Positions 9,551 to 18,461 of a stretch of DNA of 64,000 nt are shown here, in pieces. The notes beneath the pieces were generated by a model. That model saw nothing but the letters and a program-made list of their open reading frames with translations, ran no database searches and was not told the origin of the DNA. Each line of letters begins with the position of its first letter. Within the stretch, counting starts at the first letter, position 1. A program made the position numbers and the translations under genes. Source of the DNA: Candidatus Bathyarchaeota archaeon (lineage in GTDB: Archaea; Thermoproteota; Bathyarchaeia; TCS64); NCBI GenBank assembly GCA_043826455.1, contig JBDRQD010000039.1, positions 14,242 through 78,241 of the forward strand, written 5' to 3'.

Positions 9551-10660
9551 CTAGTACACCTCCAGTTCCCTCTGAAGCCCTATGGTGGGGGACTCGTAGA
9601 CGTGGGTGTGCACTGGGTTGAAGCTCACGCTCACCCAGTCTCCCACCGCCACAGCCTTCACCGGCGAGCCTATGGGCACCCTGGCAGCCACCTGGTCCCC
9701 GTTTGCGAGCCTCACCGTGTAGCGCGTCCACTCCCCAAGGAAATGGATAGCCTCGACCTCCCCGGAGAACCTGTTCTCCTTGCCGTCGCGGGCCCTAGGG
9801 CGTATGCTCAGCTTCTCCTCCCTGACGGCCACCACCACTGGCTCCTCAGGCTCAAAGCTCACGTCGGCGACGTTGACCCTGAGGTTCTCCCTGAGCCTTA
9901 TCACGCTGCCTATGATTTCCCTGTTCTCCACTATGCCCTCCAGGAAGTTGGAGTTGCCCACGAAGTTGGCCACGAATATGTTCCCGGGCCTGTTATAGAC
10001 GTGGAAGGGTGTGCTGTGCTGCTGGAGCTTGCCGTGGCGGAGGACGAGTATCCTGTCCCCTATGGTCATGGCTTCCTCCTGGTCGTGGGTCACGTGGATG
10101 ACGGTGAGCCCGGACTCCTTTGCCAACCGTCTGAGCTCGGTCCTCAGCTCCAGCCGGAGCCTGACATCCAGGGCGCCCAGGGGCTCGTCCAGGAGCAGCG
10201 TTTTGGACCCTGAGGCGAGGCCCCTCGCCAGGGCGACGCGCTGCTGCATGCCGCCGCTGAGCTCGTTGGGGTAGGCGTCAGCCCTCGCGTCCAGCCTCAC
10301 CATCCTCAGAATACTGAGGGCGGCCTCCTCCGCCTCGGGTTTGGGCACGTCCTTGGAGAGAGGGCCGTAGGCCACGTTCTCCAGGACGGTGAGGTGAGGG
10401 AACAAGGCGTAGGTCTGGGGAACATAGACGGCGTCCCTCTCCTCAGCCGGGATGTCGCTCACATCCACGCCGCCGAAAAGTATCTCGCCCTCCGTGGGCT
10501 GAATGATTCCGGAGATGAGCCTGAGAAGCGTCGTCTTTCCGCTGCCGGTGGAGCCGAGAACGCACAGGTATTCGCCGTCCCTGACCTCGAAGGAGACGTC
10601 GTCCACGGCCTTCAGGGACCTGAACCGCTTCGTGAGGTTCCTGACGCTGATGGACGGCAC
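9551..10660 (-). CDS. ABC transporter ATP-binding protein (PotA/FbpC-like)
   Basis: GSTGSGKTT, LSGGMQQR, LLLDEP and THDQEEA. Start revised to GTG 10660, just after the permease stop. Confidence 0.92.
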   Translation of the reverse strand: MPSISVRNLTKRFRSLKAVDDVSFEVRDGEYLCVLGSTGSGKTTLLRLISGIIQPTEGEILFGGVDVSDIPAEERDAVYVPQTYALFPHLTVLENVAYGPLSKDVPKPEAEEAALSILRMVRLDARADAYPNELSGGMQQRVALARGLASGSKTLLLDEPLGALDVRLRLELRTELRRLAKESGLTVIHVTHDQEEAMTIGDRILVLRHGKLQQHSTPFHVYNRPGNIFVANFVGNSNFLEGIVENREIIGSVIRLRENLRVNVADVSFEPEEPVVVAVREEKLSIRPRARDGKENRFSGEVEAIHFLGEWTRYTVRLANGDQVAARVPIGSPVKAVAVGDWVSVSFNPVHTHVYESPTIGLQRELEVY

Positions 10661-10661
10661 C

Positions 10662-12293
10662 TCACTTACCCCTCCTGTAGACGACGAGCCTGAGGGCCAG
10701 CAGGGATGCAAAGGAGGTGAGCACAAGGAAGGCTATGCCCAGGGCGATGTCCGAGGTGGTGGCCGGGACCACGTGCTTGACCCACGAGACCAGTAGCACG
10801 GGGGCCGTCTTCAGGCTCTGGGACACGGCCGTGGTGGCGCCTGTCTCGTCGACGCTCCTCGTGAAGGTGAGGATGGCGCCGGAGAATATGGAGTACTTGG
10901 TGAGGGGTACGATGATCCTCCTGAAGACCGTGAGGGGTCTGCTCCCCAGGGTCCTCGCGGTCTCCTCCATCTCCTCGGGGATGCCCTCGATGGAGGCCGC
11001 CATCGCCTGCACGAAGTAGGTGTACGTGATCGTGGTGTGGGCGAAGACTATTATCCAGAACTCGGGGAGAAACCCGAAGCTCCTCCAGAAGAAGCTGAGG
11101 GAGACGCCGAGGGCGACACTGGGCACGACGATAGGGATGTTCACCGCCGCGTCGAGGACCGCGGTGGCCAGCTTACCGAGCCTCTTCCTGGCGATGAGTA
11201 TGGCGACAGGTAGGCCGGTGACGACGTTGATGATGGTCGCCACGGCGCCTATGGTGTAGGATAGGGCCATGGCCTGCCAGTACTCAGACCAGATGCCTCT
11301 GCCCGACAGGGCGTTCTGGATGGTTCCGTCGGTCAGGGCCCCCAGTGCGGGGAATGTGATGTATATCGAAGGCGCCAGGACGAACAGGGCGAATATGGCT
11401 AAGGTTGCGCCGTCCCTCATGTTCACTGTGCGCCTGGAGCTAAGCTTGGCCTCTAACCCGGGCAGTACCCTGTTGAGGGGCAGCTTGAGCCTCGGACCCA
11501 GAAGCCTGATGAGGGCGAAAACGGTCACGGAGAATATGATCAGGGTGAAGCTGACGAGGACCATGGGCCCCTCCAGGCCCGCGTCCTTGGCGTTCTTGAT
11601 GAACACCGGGCCGTTCTCGAAGACTCCCGCCACCATCACCGTGGCGCCGGTCTCCGACAGGGAGCGGGCGAAGGCGAGGAGGAAGGCGGCTATTAGGCCC
11701 GGCCTCAGTAGGGGTAGCGTCACCGTCCTGGCGATGGTAAAGGCCTTGGCTCCCAGGGTCTTCGCGGCAGTCTCGTAGATAACGTTGTAGGCGAGGAGCT
11801 CGCCCACCATGACCCTGACGATGACGGGGTACGAGAAGGCGAAGTGGAGGAGCAGGATGAGGGGGAGGCCGGGCTGCACGCTGAAGCCTAGGAGGGACAA
11901 CGGCCCGGTGCCGCTCCAGAATAGGAGGGTCGAGAAGCCTAGGGCGACCGTCGGTATTATGAAGGGGATGTCGGCGAGGGCGTCCATGACGTTCCTCCAC
12001 TTGGAGCTCCCCCTGGCGATGATCCAGGCCATGGGGAGGGCCAGTACCAGGTCCAGCGTCGCGACGCCGAAGGCGATGGCGAAGGAGTAGAATATGGCCG
12101 ACTTGGCCCTATCGAGGAGGGCGGCGTCTTGGAGTACCTGGCCTACGAGGCTTATCTTCAGGCTGATACCGAGGACGGGGGGGAGGAGGATGAAAAAGAC
12201 TAGGAAGAATATGGAGCCCATGTAGGTCAGCCTCTTAGACAGCTGGTTCGACGAGAGCTCGTCGAGCCTCCTCAAGACAGCTTCAGACAACAA
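10662..12293 (-). CDS. ABC transporter fused double permease (FbpB/ThiP-like)
   Basis: Two EAA loops (ETAAKTLGA, EETARTLGS) and about 12 TM segments. Confidence 0.9.
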   Translation of the reverse strand: MLSEAVLRRLDELSSNQLSKRLTYMGSIFFLVFFILLPPVLGISLKISLVGQVLQDAALLDRAKSAIFYSFAIAFGVATLDLVLALPMAWIIARGSSKWRNVMDALADIPFIIPTVALGFSTLLFWSGTGPLSLLGFSVQPGLPLILLLHFAFSYPVIVRVMVGELLAYNVIYETAAKTLGAKAFTIARTVTLPLLRPGLIAAFLLAFARSLSETGATVMVAGVFENGPVFIKNAKDAGLEGPMVLVSFTLIIFSVTVFALIRLLGPRLKLPLNRVLPGLEAKLSSRRTVNMRDGATLAIFALFVLAPSIYITFPALGALTDGTIQNALSGRGIWSEYWQAMALSYTIGAVATIINVVTGLPVAILIARKRLGKLATAVLDAAVNIPIVVPSVALGVSLSFFWRSFGFLPEFWIIVFAHTTITYTYFVQAMAASIEGIPEEMEETARTLGSRPLTVFRRIIVPLTKYSIFSGAILTFTRSVDETGATTAVSQSLKTAPVLLVSWVKHVVPATTSDIALGIAFLVLTSFASLLALRLVVYRRGK

Positions 12294-12452
12294 TTTCCTA
12301 TTAATTCGCCACCCTATTTATTCTGTTTCTCTGGGGGGAACGTATTCTCATAGTCTTATTATTATTCCATGTAGAAAATATATTTGGCAATAAACTATAT
12401 CGTCTATATAGGTTGTTTGGCGCGTAGTGGCTGCGTCGGGTCTATTCAGCCT

Positions 12453-12917
12453 CTAGCGGTGGTCGTGGGGGCTGTCGTGGGTCTTGACGGGGATGACCCT
12501 TAGGCTTCTGTCCTCAACCGCGTAGCCTCTGAGGCCATCGTACTCGATCCCGTTGCCCTCCAGTATCTTCAGGGCCTTCTCCTCCAGGCCGTGGGGCACG
12601 TATATGAACAGCTTCTTGTATTTTCTGCCCACACTGGCGGTGTCCGACAGGAGCCTCCACAGTTTTGCTCTGCCCTCGTGGACATCCTCGGCGCGTTCCA
12701 CCATGCCCAGCTCCTGGACGCCGCCGTCGCCCCTGAGGATGACTATGCTGGGGTAGACAACACCATCTGAGCCCTCGATGCCGAACCGCTTCTGCTCGTC
12801 GTTGACTATGGTCTGGTAGTGGCTGGGCCAGCCCTCCACCTGGTCCACGAAGGGAAACCTAGTGGCAGCTATGATCCTGATGATCCGGTTCCGCTGTACT
12901 TCTGGGTCCAGCATCAT
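12453..12917 (-). CDS. Hypothetical protein, possibly degenerate PD-(D/E)xK fold
   Basis: Typical codon usage; ATGA overlap with the upstream HD gene. Confidence 0.7.
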   Translation of the reverse strand: MMLDPEVQRNRIIRIIAATRFPFVDQVEGWPSHYQTIVNDEQKRFGIEGSDGVVYPSIVILRGDGGVQELGMVERAEDVHEGRAKLWRLLSDTASVGRKYKKLFIYVPHGLEEKALKILEGNGIEYDGLRGYAVEDRSLRVIPVKTHDSPHDHR

Positions 12918-13468
12918 ACGCTCAACCCTATCTCGGCTGCTACCCGCTGCATGGATGAAACTGCTATCTGGGCGAACTCGCTGAACTGGAGCCCTATCTC
13001 CTCGCACCTCATGATGTTCTCGCGGCTTACCTGGCGGGCGAAGCTCTTGTCCTTCATCCTGTCCTTGATGCTCTTGGCCTTCATGCCGACGAGCTTGGTG
13101 GGCCGCACCAGGGCGTTAGCCACGATCATCCCCGATATGGAGTCCGCAGCCAGCAGCGCCACATCCATCCTTTTCTCCGCCTTGAAGCCGGTGAGCTCGT
13201 TGTGGGACCTGATGGCGTCCACGGCCTCCTCGGGCAGCAAATCCCTGACCATCTCAGCCGACCTGAGGCCGTGCTTGCTGAAATCGTCACCGAAGGTCTC
13301 GTAGTCCACGTCGTGGAGGATGCCCACGGCCTCCCAGAGAGCCGGATCCTCGCCGAAGCGTTCCCCCAGGCCCCTCATAATGGCGCCTACGCCTATCATG
13401 TGGTTGACCAGGTTCTCGTTCTTCACGTGCTCCTTAACGAGGGCTACGCATTCTTCGCGGGTGATCAT
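12914..13468 (-). CDS. HDIG/HD-domain metal-dependent phosphohydrolase
   Basis: NH, GILHDVDYE, HG, SHN, AAD and K.KDKSFA. Confidence 0.9.
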   Translation of the reverse strand: MITREECVALVKEHVKNENLVNHMIGVGAIMRGLGERFGEDPALWEAVGILHDVDYETFGDDFSKHGLRSAEMVRDLLPEEAVDAIRSHNELTGFKAEKRMDVALLAADSISGMIVANALVRPTKLVGMKAKSIKDRMKDKSFARQVSRENIMRCEEIGLQFSEFAQIAVSSMQRVAAEIGLSV

Positions 13469-13557
13469 GGAGTATGAACCGAGGCGGCATAGTTTAAGGC
13501 TATTCATATCAGTGTGACTTATATAGTGGCGTGGGTGACTTCGGGTATCAACCCGGG

Positions 13558-14760
13558 ATGATGTATTTGGGTGAGGCGAGGACCGGCGGATATCGTGGGC
13601 TTCTGAGCTACGGGCTCATCGTCATGACTCTCACGCACACGTTGACCCACGCGTTCCAGCAGATGCACTCGGCCCTGTACCCTGTGCTCAAGGTGGAGTT
13701 CGCTTTGACCAACCAGCAGGTGGGCCTCATCAGCAGCATCCCCAGCTTGGCAGCCGCCATACTGAGCATACCAGCGGGGATGGCCACCGACAAGCTGGGA
13801 ACCAAGAAGATGATCCTGTTCAGCAGCGTCGTGGCAGCTGCGGGGGCCTTGACGGCGAGTTTCGCTCAGAACCAGTGGATGTTCATACTGGCCGTCAGCT
13901 TCCTCTTCGTAAGCACCACCTTTTACCATCCAGCCAGCTACAGCTTCACCAGCTTCCTCTTCGAGCCCAGGGACCGGAGCAAGGCTCTGGGCATCCAAGG
14001 GGCGGGCGGCACCCTGGGCATGGCCCTGGGGCCCATAAGCATCAGCATCCTGGTGGGGCTCCTGGCCTTCGGGTGGAGGCAGGTGTACCTGGCCTGGGTG
14101 GTGCCCCTGGTCATCAGCGTCTTCATGGTCTATTACATCAAGTACATCCCAACACAGGACGTGGAGGTGAAGTCAGGCGACGGAAAACCCACTAGGCAGG
14201 CAGAGAAGCTGCTGTCCGCCAGCCTCTTACTGTTCCTAGTTTTTGGGGGCCTGCGCACGGTGGCCGCCAGCATGACCACTACCTTCCTGAGCCTGTGGCT
14301 GGTGAACACCAGGGGCCTGGACCTGGCCCTGGCAAGCCTCGTCTTCGGGGCCAGTAGCCTCATGGGCATCGTGGCCGCACCCATAGGCGGCGTCTTCGCC
14401 TCCAGGTACGGGGAGAAGAGGTGGATCGTGTATACTTTGGTGGTGGCCTACGTCTGCTTCGCCCTGGCTTTCCTAATCCCGTCCATATGGGCCTTCGCCG
14501 TCTTCTACCTTGGGTACGGTTTCTTTAACCTCCTGGGCATGGCGGCTAACTCGACCATCACGGCCAAGCTGAGCCCCAGCAGGCAGAGGGGCCTGGGCTT
14601 CGCCCTCTACTTCCTGCCTGGGAGCATCATGGGAGCCTTCGCCCCGATGATAGCCGCCTTCATAGCGGACTCCTTCGGAATCTTCAACGTGTTCATGGCC
14701 AGCGTGGGGGTCTTCGCCCTGGCCTGGGCCCTGTTCCGGTTCGGGGTCAAGGTGGATTAA
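13558..14760 (+). CDS. MFS transporter (start approximate)
   Basis: About 12 TM; motif A GMATDKLGTK. Confidence 0.9.
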   Translation: MMYLGEARTGGYRGLLSYGLIVMTLTHTLTHAFQQMHSALYPVLKVEFALTNQQVGLISSIPSLAAAILSIPAGMATDKLGTKKMILFSSVVAAAGALTASFAQNQWMFILAVSFLFVSTTFYHPASYSFTSFLFEPRDRSKALGIQGAGGTLGMALGPISISILVGLLAFGWRQVYLAWVVPLVISVFMVYYIKYIPTQDVEVKSGDGKPTRQAEKLLSASLLLFLVFGGLRTVAASMTTTFLSLWLVNTRGLDLALASLVFGASSLMGIVAAPIGGVFASRYGEKRWIVYTLVVAYVCFALAFLIPSIWAFAVFYLGYGFFNLLGMAANSTITAKLSPSRQRGLGFALYFLPGSIMGAFAPMIAAFIADSFGIFNVFMASVGVFALAWALFRFGVKVD

Positions 14761-14810
14761 GCCCCGTAGATTCAGGTGGGGTATTCCTCATTTTCTCTGG
14801 TTTATATCAA

Positions 14811-14859
14811 ATTTAGGAGGTTTTTCTTCCCGTATTTGATCCCCACTACTTTTTTCCAT
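14811..14859. repeat. Short fragment of the dispersed non-coding repeat family
   Basis: ATTTAGGAGGTTTTTCT..GATCCCCACTACTTTTTTCCAT aligns with 29617-29669 (ATTTTAGGAGGTTTTCT..GATACTCCCCTACCTTTTTTGCAT). Confidence 0.6.
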
Positions 14860-14934
14860 GCCGGGGCTCAAAGGAAGAAGCGTATACATATGATGAATGC
14901 CATGTAATATCGAAAAGGGACCGTTGAAAATGAA

Positions 14935-16326
14935 CTAGATCAGTAGTGGCCACAGGAAGTAGGCCATGATGACTGTCAGGAGCCCTCCTGCCACGTCCAG
15001 CAGGAAACCTGCCTTGATCATCTCCCTCATGGTCACCTTGCCCGTGCTGTAGGCGATGGCGTTAGGCGGAGTCCCAACGGGCAGCATGAAGTCCAGGCTG
15101 GTGCTGATGCCCACGGCCACGGCCAGGATGACGGGGCTGACCCCGGTCTGCTGGCCCAGGCTTATGGCTATGGGTAGGAAGATGCCGGCGCTGGCCGTGT
15201 TGCTTGCGATGACGCTGAGGCCCAAGCCCGCGAAGGTGACTATGGCAATGGTCAGTATGGGGTTGCCGCCGCCGGTGAACATGTTGAGGGTGTTGCTGAT
15301 GACGTCCACCAGGCCCGAGACTTCCAGGGCCGCCCCCAGGCTCAGACCGCCGCCTATGAGGAGCAAGGTGGACCATTTGCCGTCCCTTATGTCGGACTCG
15401 CCCAGAAGGTCCGTGAAGTAGAGCACCACGATGATGACCCCCGCAACCACGGCGCTGCTGTACCCGTGGCCTCCCCAGCCTATGAGGTTCGCTATGGGCT
15501 CGGGCAGCTTCTCTGTGATCCAGGCCAGTACGGCGAAGGCGAAGACGATTAGGGTGTTCCTCTGGTTCACCGTGAGTTCTGTGGAGTCCCTCTCGATCTT
15601 GGGTATCTCCGTCACGTTGGTGGGGAATATGGCGAAGAGGACCACCCAGGTTATCAGTATCTGAATGGCGGCGATGGGCAGCCCGTAGAACATCCAGCCC
15701 AGGAAGCTTATCTGGTAGCCTATGCTGGTCTTGAGGCTGGCCGCGGCCATAGCGCAGGTGGTGGTGCCCACCAGGGTGCCCAGGCCGCCGGCTGTGGCCG
15801 AGTAGGCGATGGCCAGGACCATGATCTTGCTGAAGTTACCCTTAGAGTCGTGGATGCCCTCTGTGATCTTCATCGCCATGGCTATGAGGAGGGCTGTGGC
15901 TGCGCTGTTGCTGATCCACAGGCTGAGGAACCCGGTGGCTATCATGATGGCCAGGGTGACGCCCTTGGGCCCGGCCTTGACCTTGGACAGGATCATGTAG
16001 GCGAAGTACTCGTCCAGGTCGTACTTCTCCACGGCCACTGCCAGCAGGAAGCCTCCGAGCAGGAGCATGACGGTGGTGTCGAAGAAGGGTACCAGGGCCT
16101 TGCTGAAGCTCTGGACCCCCAGGAACTGCTGCATAAGGGGTATCATGATGCTGGTGGCGGCCAGGGGCACGGCCTCCGTCATCCACAGGCCAGCCGCGAC
16201 TATGAGGATGACTAGGGCGGACCTCTGTGCGGGGGTGAGGACGCCGGCGGTCTGGGTATGGGCGAAGACTGCTAGAAGTGTAACAACTGCGACGACGATT
16301 ACTCTCTTCTGGTTCAAGGTGGTCAC
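14935..16326 (-). CDS. SLC13/DASS family anion:sodium symporter
   Basis: W.TEAVPLAAT, ISNSA, ASNTA and FMLPVGTPPNAI. Confidence 0.92.
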   Translation of the reverse strand: MTTLNQKRVIVVAVVTLLAVFAHTQTAGVLTPAQRSALVILIVAAGLWMTEAVPLAATSIMIPLMQQFLGVQSFSKALVPFFDTTVMLLLGGFLLAVAVEKYDLDEYFAYMILSKVKAGPKGVTLAIMIATGFLSLWISNSAATALLIAMAMKITEGIHDSKGNFSKIMVLAIAYSATAGGLGTLVGTTTCAMAAASLKTSIGYQISFLGWMFYGLPIAAIQILITWVVLFAIFPTNVTEIPKIERDSTELTVNQRNTLIVFAFAVLAWITEKLPEPIANLIGWGGHGYSSAVVAGVIIVVLYFTDLLGESDIRDGKWSTLLLIGGGLSLGAALEVSGLVDVISNTLNMFTGGGNPILTIAIVTFAGLGLSVIASNTASAGIFLPIAISLGQQTGVSPVILAVAVGISTSLDFMLPVGTPPNAIAYSTGKVTMREMIKAGFLLDVAGGLLTVIMAYFLWPLLI

Positions 16327-16327
16327 T

Positions 16328-16600
16328 CTACAGCTGCTTGTAGGATATGATCTCCAGTTTCTCCTCCTGGGCCAGCTCGTCCAGGAGCCTCTTCACGTCG
16401 AATATGTTCTCCAGGTCCACCATCAGGTACATGACGGCGAGGCTGGGGTAGTTCTTCTCGGCGGCTACCATGAATGGGGGCACCGCCACGCTGGTGGTGA
16501 AGTCGACTGTGAACTTCTGGTTCTTGAGCTTGTTTGCGAACTTGCGGAGAATAATGTTGTCGATTATATCTCCGCGGACCACTATCTCCACTGTTACCAT
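16328..16600 (-). CDS. Hypothetical 90-aa protein, operonic with the DASS transporter
   Basis: Start revised to ATG 16600 (MVTVEIVV); stop lies 1 bp from the transporter start. Confidence 0.7.
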   Translation of the reverse strand: MVTVEIVVRGDIIDNIILRKFANKLKNQKFTVDFTTSVAVPPFMVAAEKNYPSLAVMYLMVDLENIFDVKRLLDELAQEEKLEIISYKQL

Positions 16601-16761
16601 CTTAGCCAAGGCGCTCACCTGTCTCCGAAATCCGTTTAAGGAAACACGGCTAGAATAAAAAACTATTTGAAACAATAAAAAAGAAGGCTTACAGCGATAC
16701 CTTGGCACGCCCCTGTGGGCGTGAAGATATAAGGGTAGGCGTCTCTGGATCAAGGAGATCC

Positions 16762-17232
16762 ATGAGCATCGTTAAGCTGCCCTGGATGAGCGGCGAGGAG
16801 GTGGACGCCCTCATAGGCACCCAGATCATGTGCAGGATCGCCTTCAAGGGGGACGAGTACCCGTACCTAGCCCCCTTCAGGTACGTGTCCATGGGCGGGG
16901 TCCTGTACTTCCACTTCACCGAATACGGCAAGAAGATGAGGCTCCTCAAGCAGGATGGCAGGTGCTGTGTCCAGATTGAGCGCTATACGCCCGACCTGAG
17001 CAGCTACAGCTTCGTTTCCCTCAGGGGGAGGCTGGAAGAGGTGACCGACCCGAAGGAGAGGAAGAAGGCCGTGGGGCTCTTCAGGGAGTCGGGGAAGACC
17101 CTGTCCACCAGGTTCCTGGCGGCCCACGGCTTGGACTCGGGGGACGGGTGGGACGCCTTCACCGCGGATAAGGACCTGGTAATCGTCAAGCTGGTGGATG
17201 TCGTGGAGAAGGTGGGGTTGAAGAACCCGTAG
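16762..17232 (+). CDS. Pyridoxamine 5'-phosphate oxidase-like (NimA-type) FMN-binding protein
   Basis: CRIAF..YPY.AP..YFH..GKK pattern; GGAG upstream of ATG 16762. Confidence 0.85.
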   Translation: MSIVKLPWMSGEEVDALIGTQIMCRIAFKGDEYPYLAPFRYVSMGGVLYFHFTEYGKKMRLLKQDGRCCVQIERYTPDLSSYSFVSLRGRLEEVTDPKERKKAVGLFRESGKTLSTRFLAAHGLDSGDGWDAFTADKDLVIVKLVDVVEKVGLKNP

Positions 17233-17306
17233 GCCAAGCCGACCACACTCCAATGTGTTAAAAGCACGTCTAACCCATTTTCCTCACGTTCTGGTGGAGA
17301 TAGACG

Positions 17307-18437
17307 TTGAAGATCACCAAGGTAGAGATTATCCCCGTCGACGTGCCTCGCAGCAAGGCCCTGGTCATATCCCGGTACGGGTCCCTGGGGGAGGGTAAGC
17401 CCTTCCAGTTCGTCCTAGCCCGGGTGCACACCGACGAGGGGGTCACAGGGGTGGGGGAGGTTCCGCCCTTACCGCCCCTGTCCCCGGAGAGCCAGCCCGT
17501 CATAGTGGAGGTGCTCAGGAACTGGGTGGTCCCCAGCGTCCTGGGGATGGACCCCTTCGAGACGGAGGCCGTCTGGGAGAAGATGGACTACATTGCGCCC
17601 ACGTACCCCATGGCCAAGGCGGTCATAGACCTGGCCCTATGGGATATCATAGGTAAGAGCCTGGGCCTACCAGTGTACAGGCTGCTGGGAGGCTCCAAGC
17701 CTGAGCCCATACCCAACGTGGGGCTCATAGGGATCGACGCCCCAGAGAAGGTGGCGGCTATCGCGTCGAGCATGGTCTCGGAGGGGTACACGGGTATTAG
17801 GCTCAAGATAGGGCCTAGCCGCGACGTGGAATGCGTCGAGGCGGTTCGGGATGCTATCGGCGAGGAGGTCACCCTGCGGGTGGACTGCAACCAGGGGTAC
17901 AGGGTGGCGGATGCCGTGAAGATGATAAGGGCCATAGAGCCCTATGGCGTGGAGTTCGTGGAGCAGCCTACCGTCTGGTGGGACTTCAGGGGCTTGGCTG
18001 AGGTGGCTGCGGCCGTGGACACACCCATCATGCCCCACGAGTCCATGTACCTGCTCTCGGACGTGAAGAGCCTCATCGACATGGGGGCCGTGGGGGTCCT
18101 GGGCCTGAAGACTTACAGGCCGTGGGGCGGCCTCACCGGGGCGCGGAGGCTACTGGAGATGGCCCGGGTGATGAACATACCCTGCATGTTCCACGACGAC
18201 GTGGAGCTGGGCGTCAGCCTCTCAGCGGCCACCCACATTATATCCGCGTACAAGCGGGTCATAACCCACAAGTGCGAGCTCTCTGGGTGCCCCGAGTGGG
18301 TCAAGGACGATCTAGTGAAGAAGCCTGTGAGGTTCGAGAAGGGACATGTATATGTCCCCGAGGGCCCTGGGCTGGGCGTGGAACTGGACGAGTCCAAGCT
18401 AAAAAAGTACTCCAAGGGCGTCATAGCCCTGGAGTAA
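17307..18437 (+). CDS. Enolase superfamily (MLE/dipeptide epimerase-like)
   Basis: RLKIG, VDCNQG, VEQP, HES and PEGPGLG. Confidence 0.88.
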   Translation: MKITKVEIIPVDVPRSKALVISRYGSLGEGKPFQFVLARVHTDEGVTGVGEVPPLPPLSPESQPVIVEVLRNWVVPSVLGMDPFETEAVWEKMDYIAPTYPMAKAVIDLALWDIIGKSLGLPVYRLLGGSKPEPIPNVGLIGIDAPEKVAAIASSMVSEGYTGIRLKIGPSRDVECVEAVRDAIGEEVTLRVDCNQGYRVADAVKMIRAIEPYGVEFVEQPTVWWDFRGLAEVAAAVDTPIMPHESMYLLSDVKSLIDMGAVGVLGLKTYRPWGGLTGARRLLEMARVMNIPCMFHDDVELGVSLSAATHIISAYKRVITHKCELSGCPEWVKDDLVKKPVRFEKGHVYVPEGPGLGVELDESKLKKYSKGVIALE

Positions 18438-18461
18438 ACCCCTTTTCTTAGAGGTGAAGGG

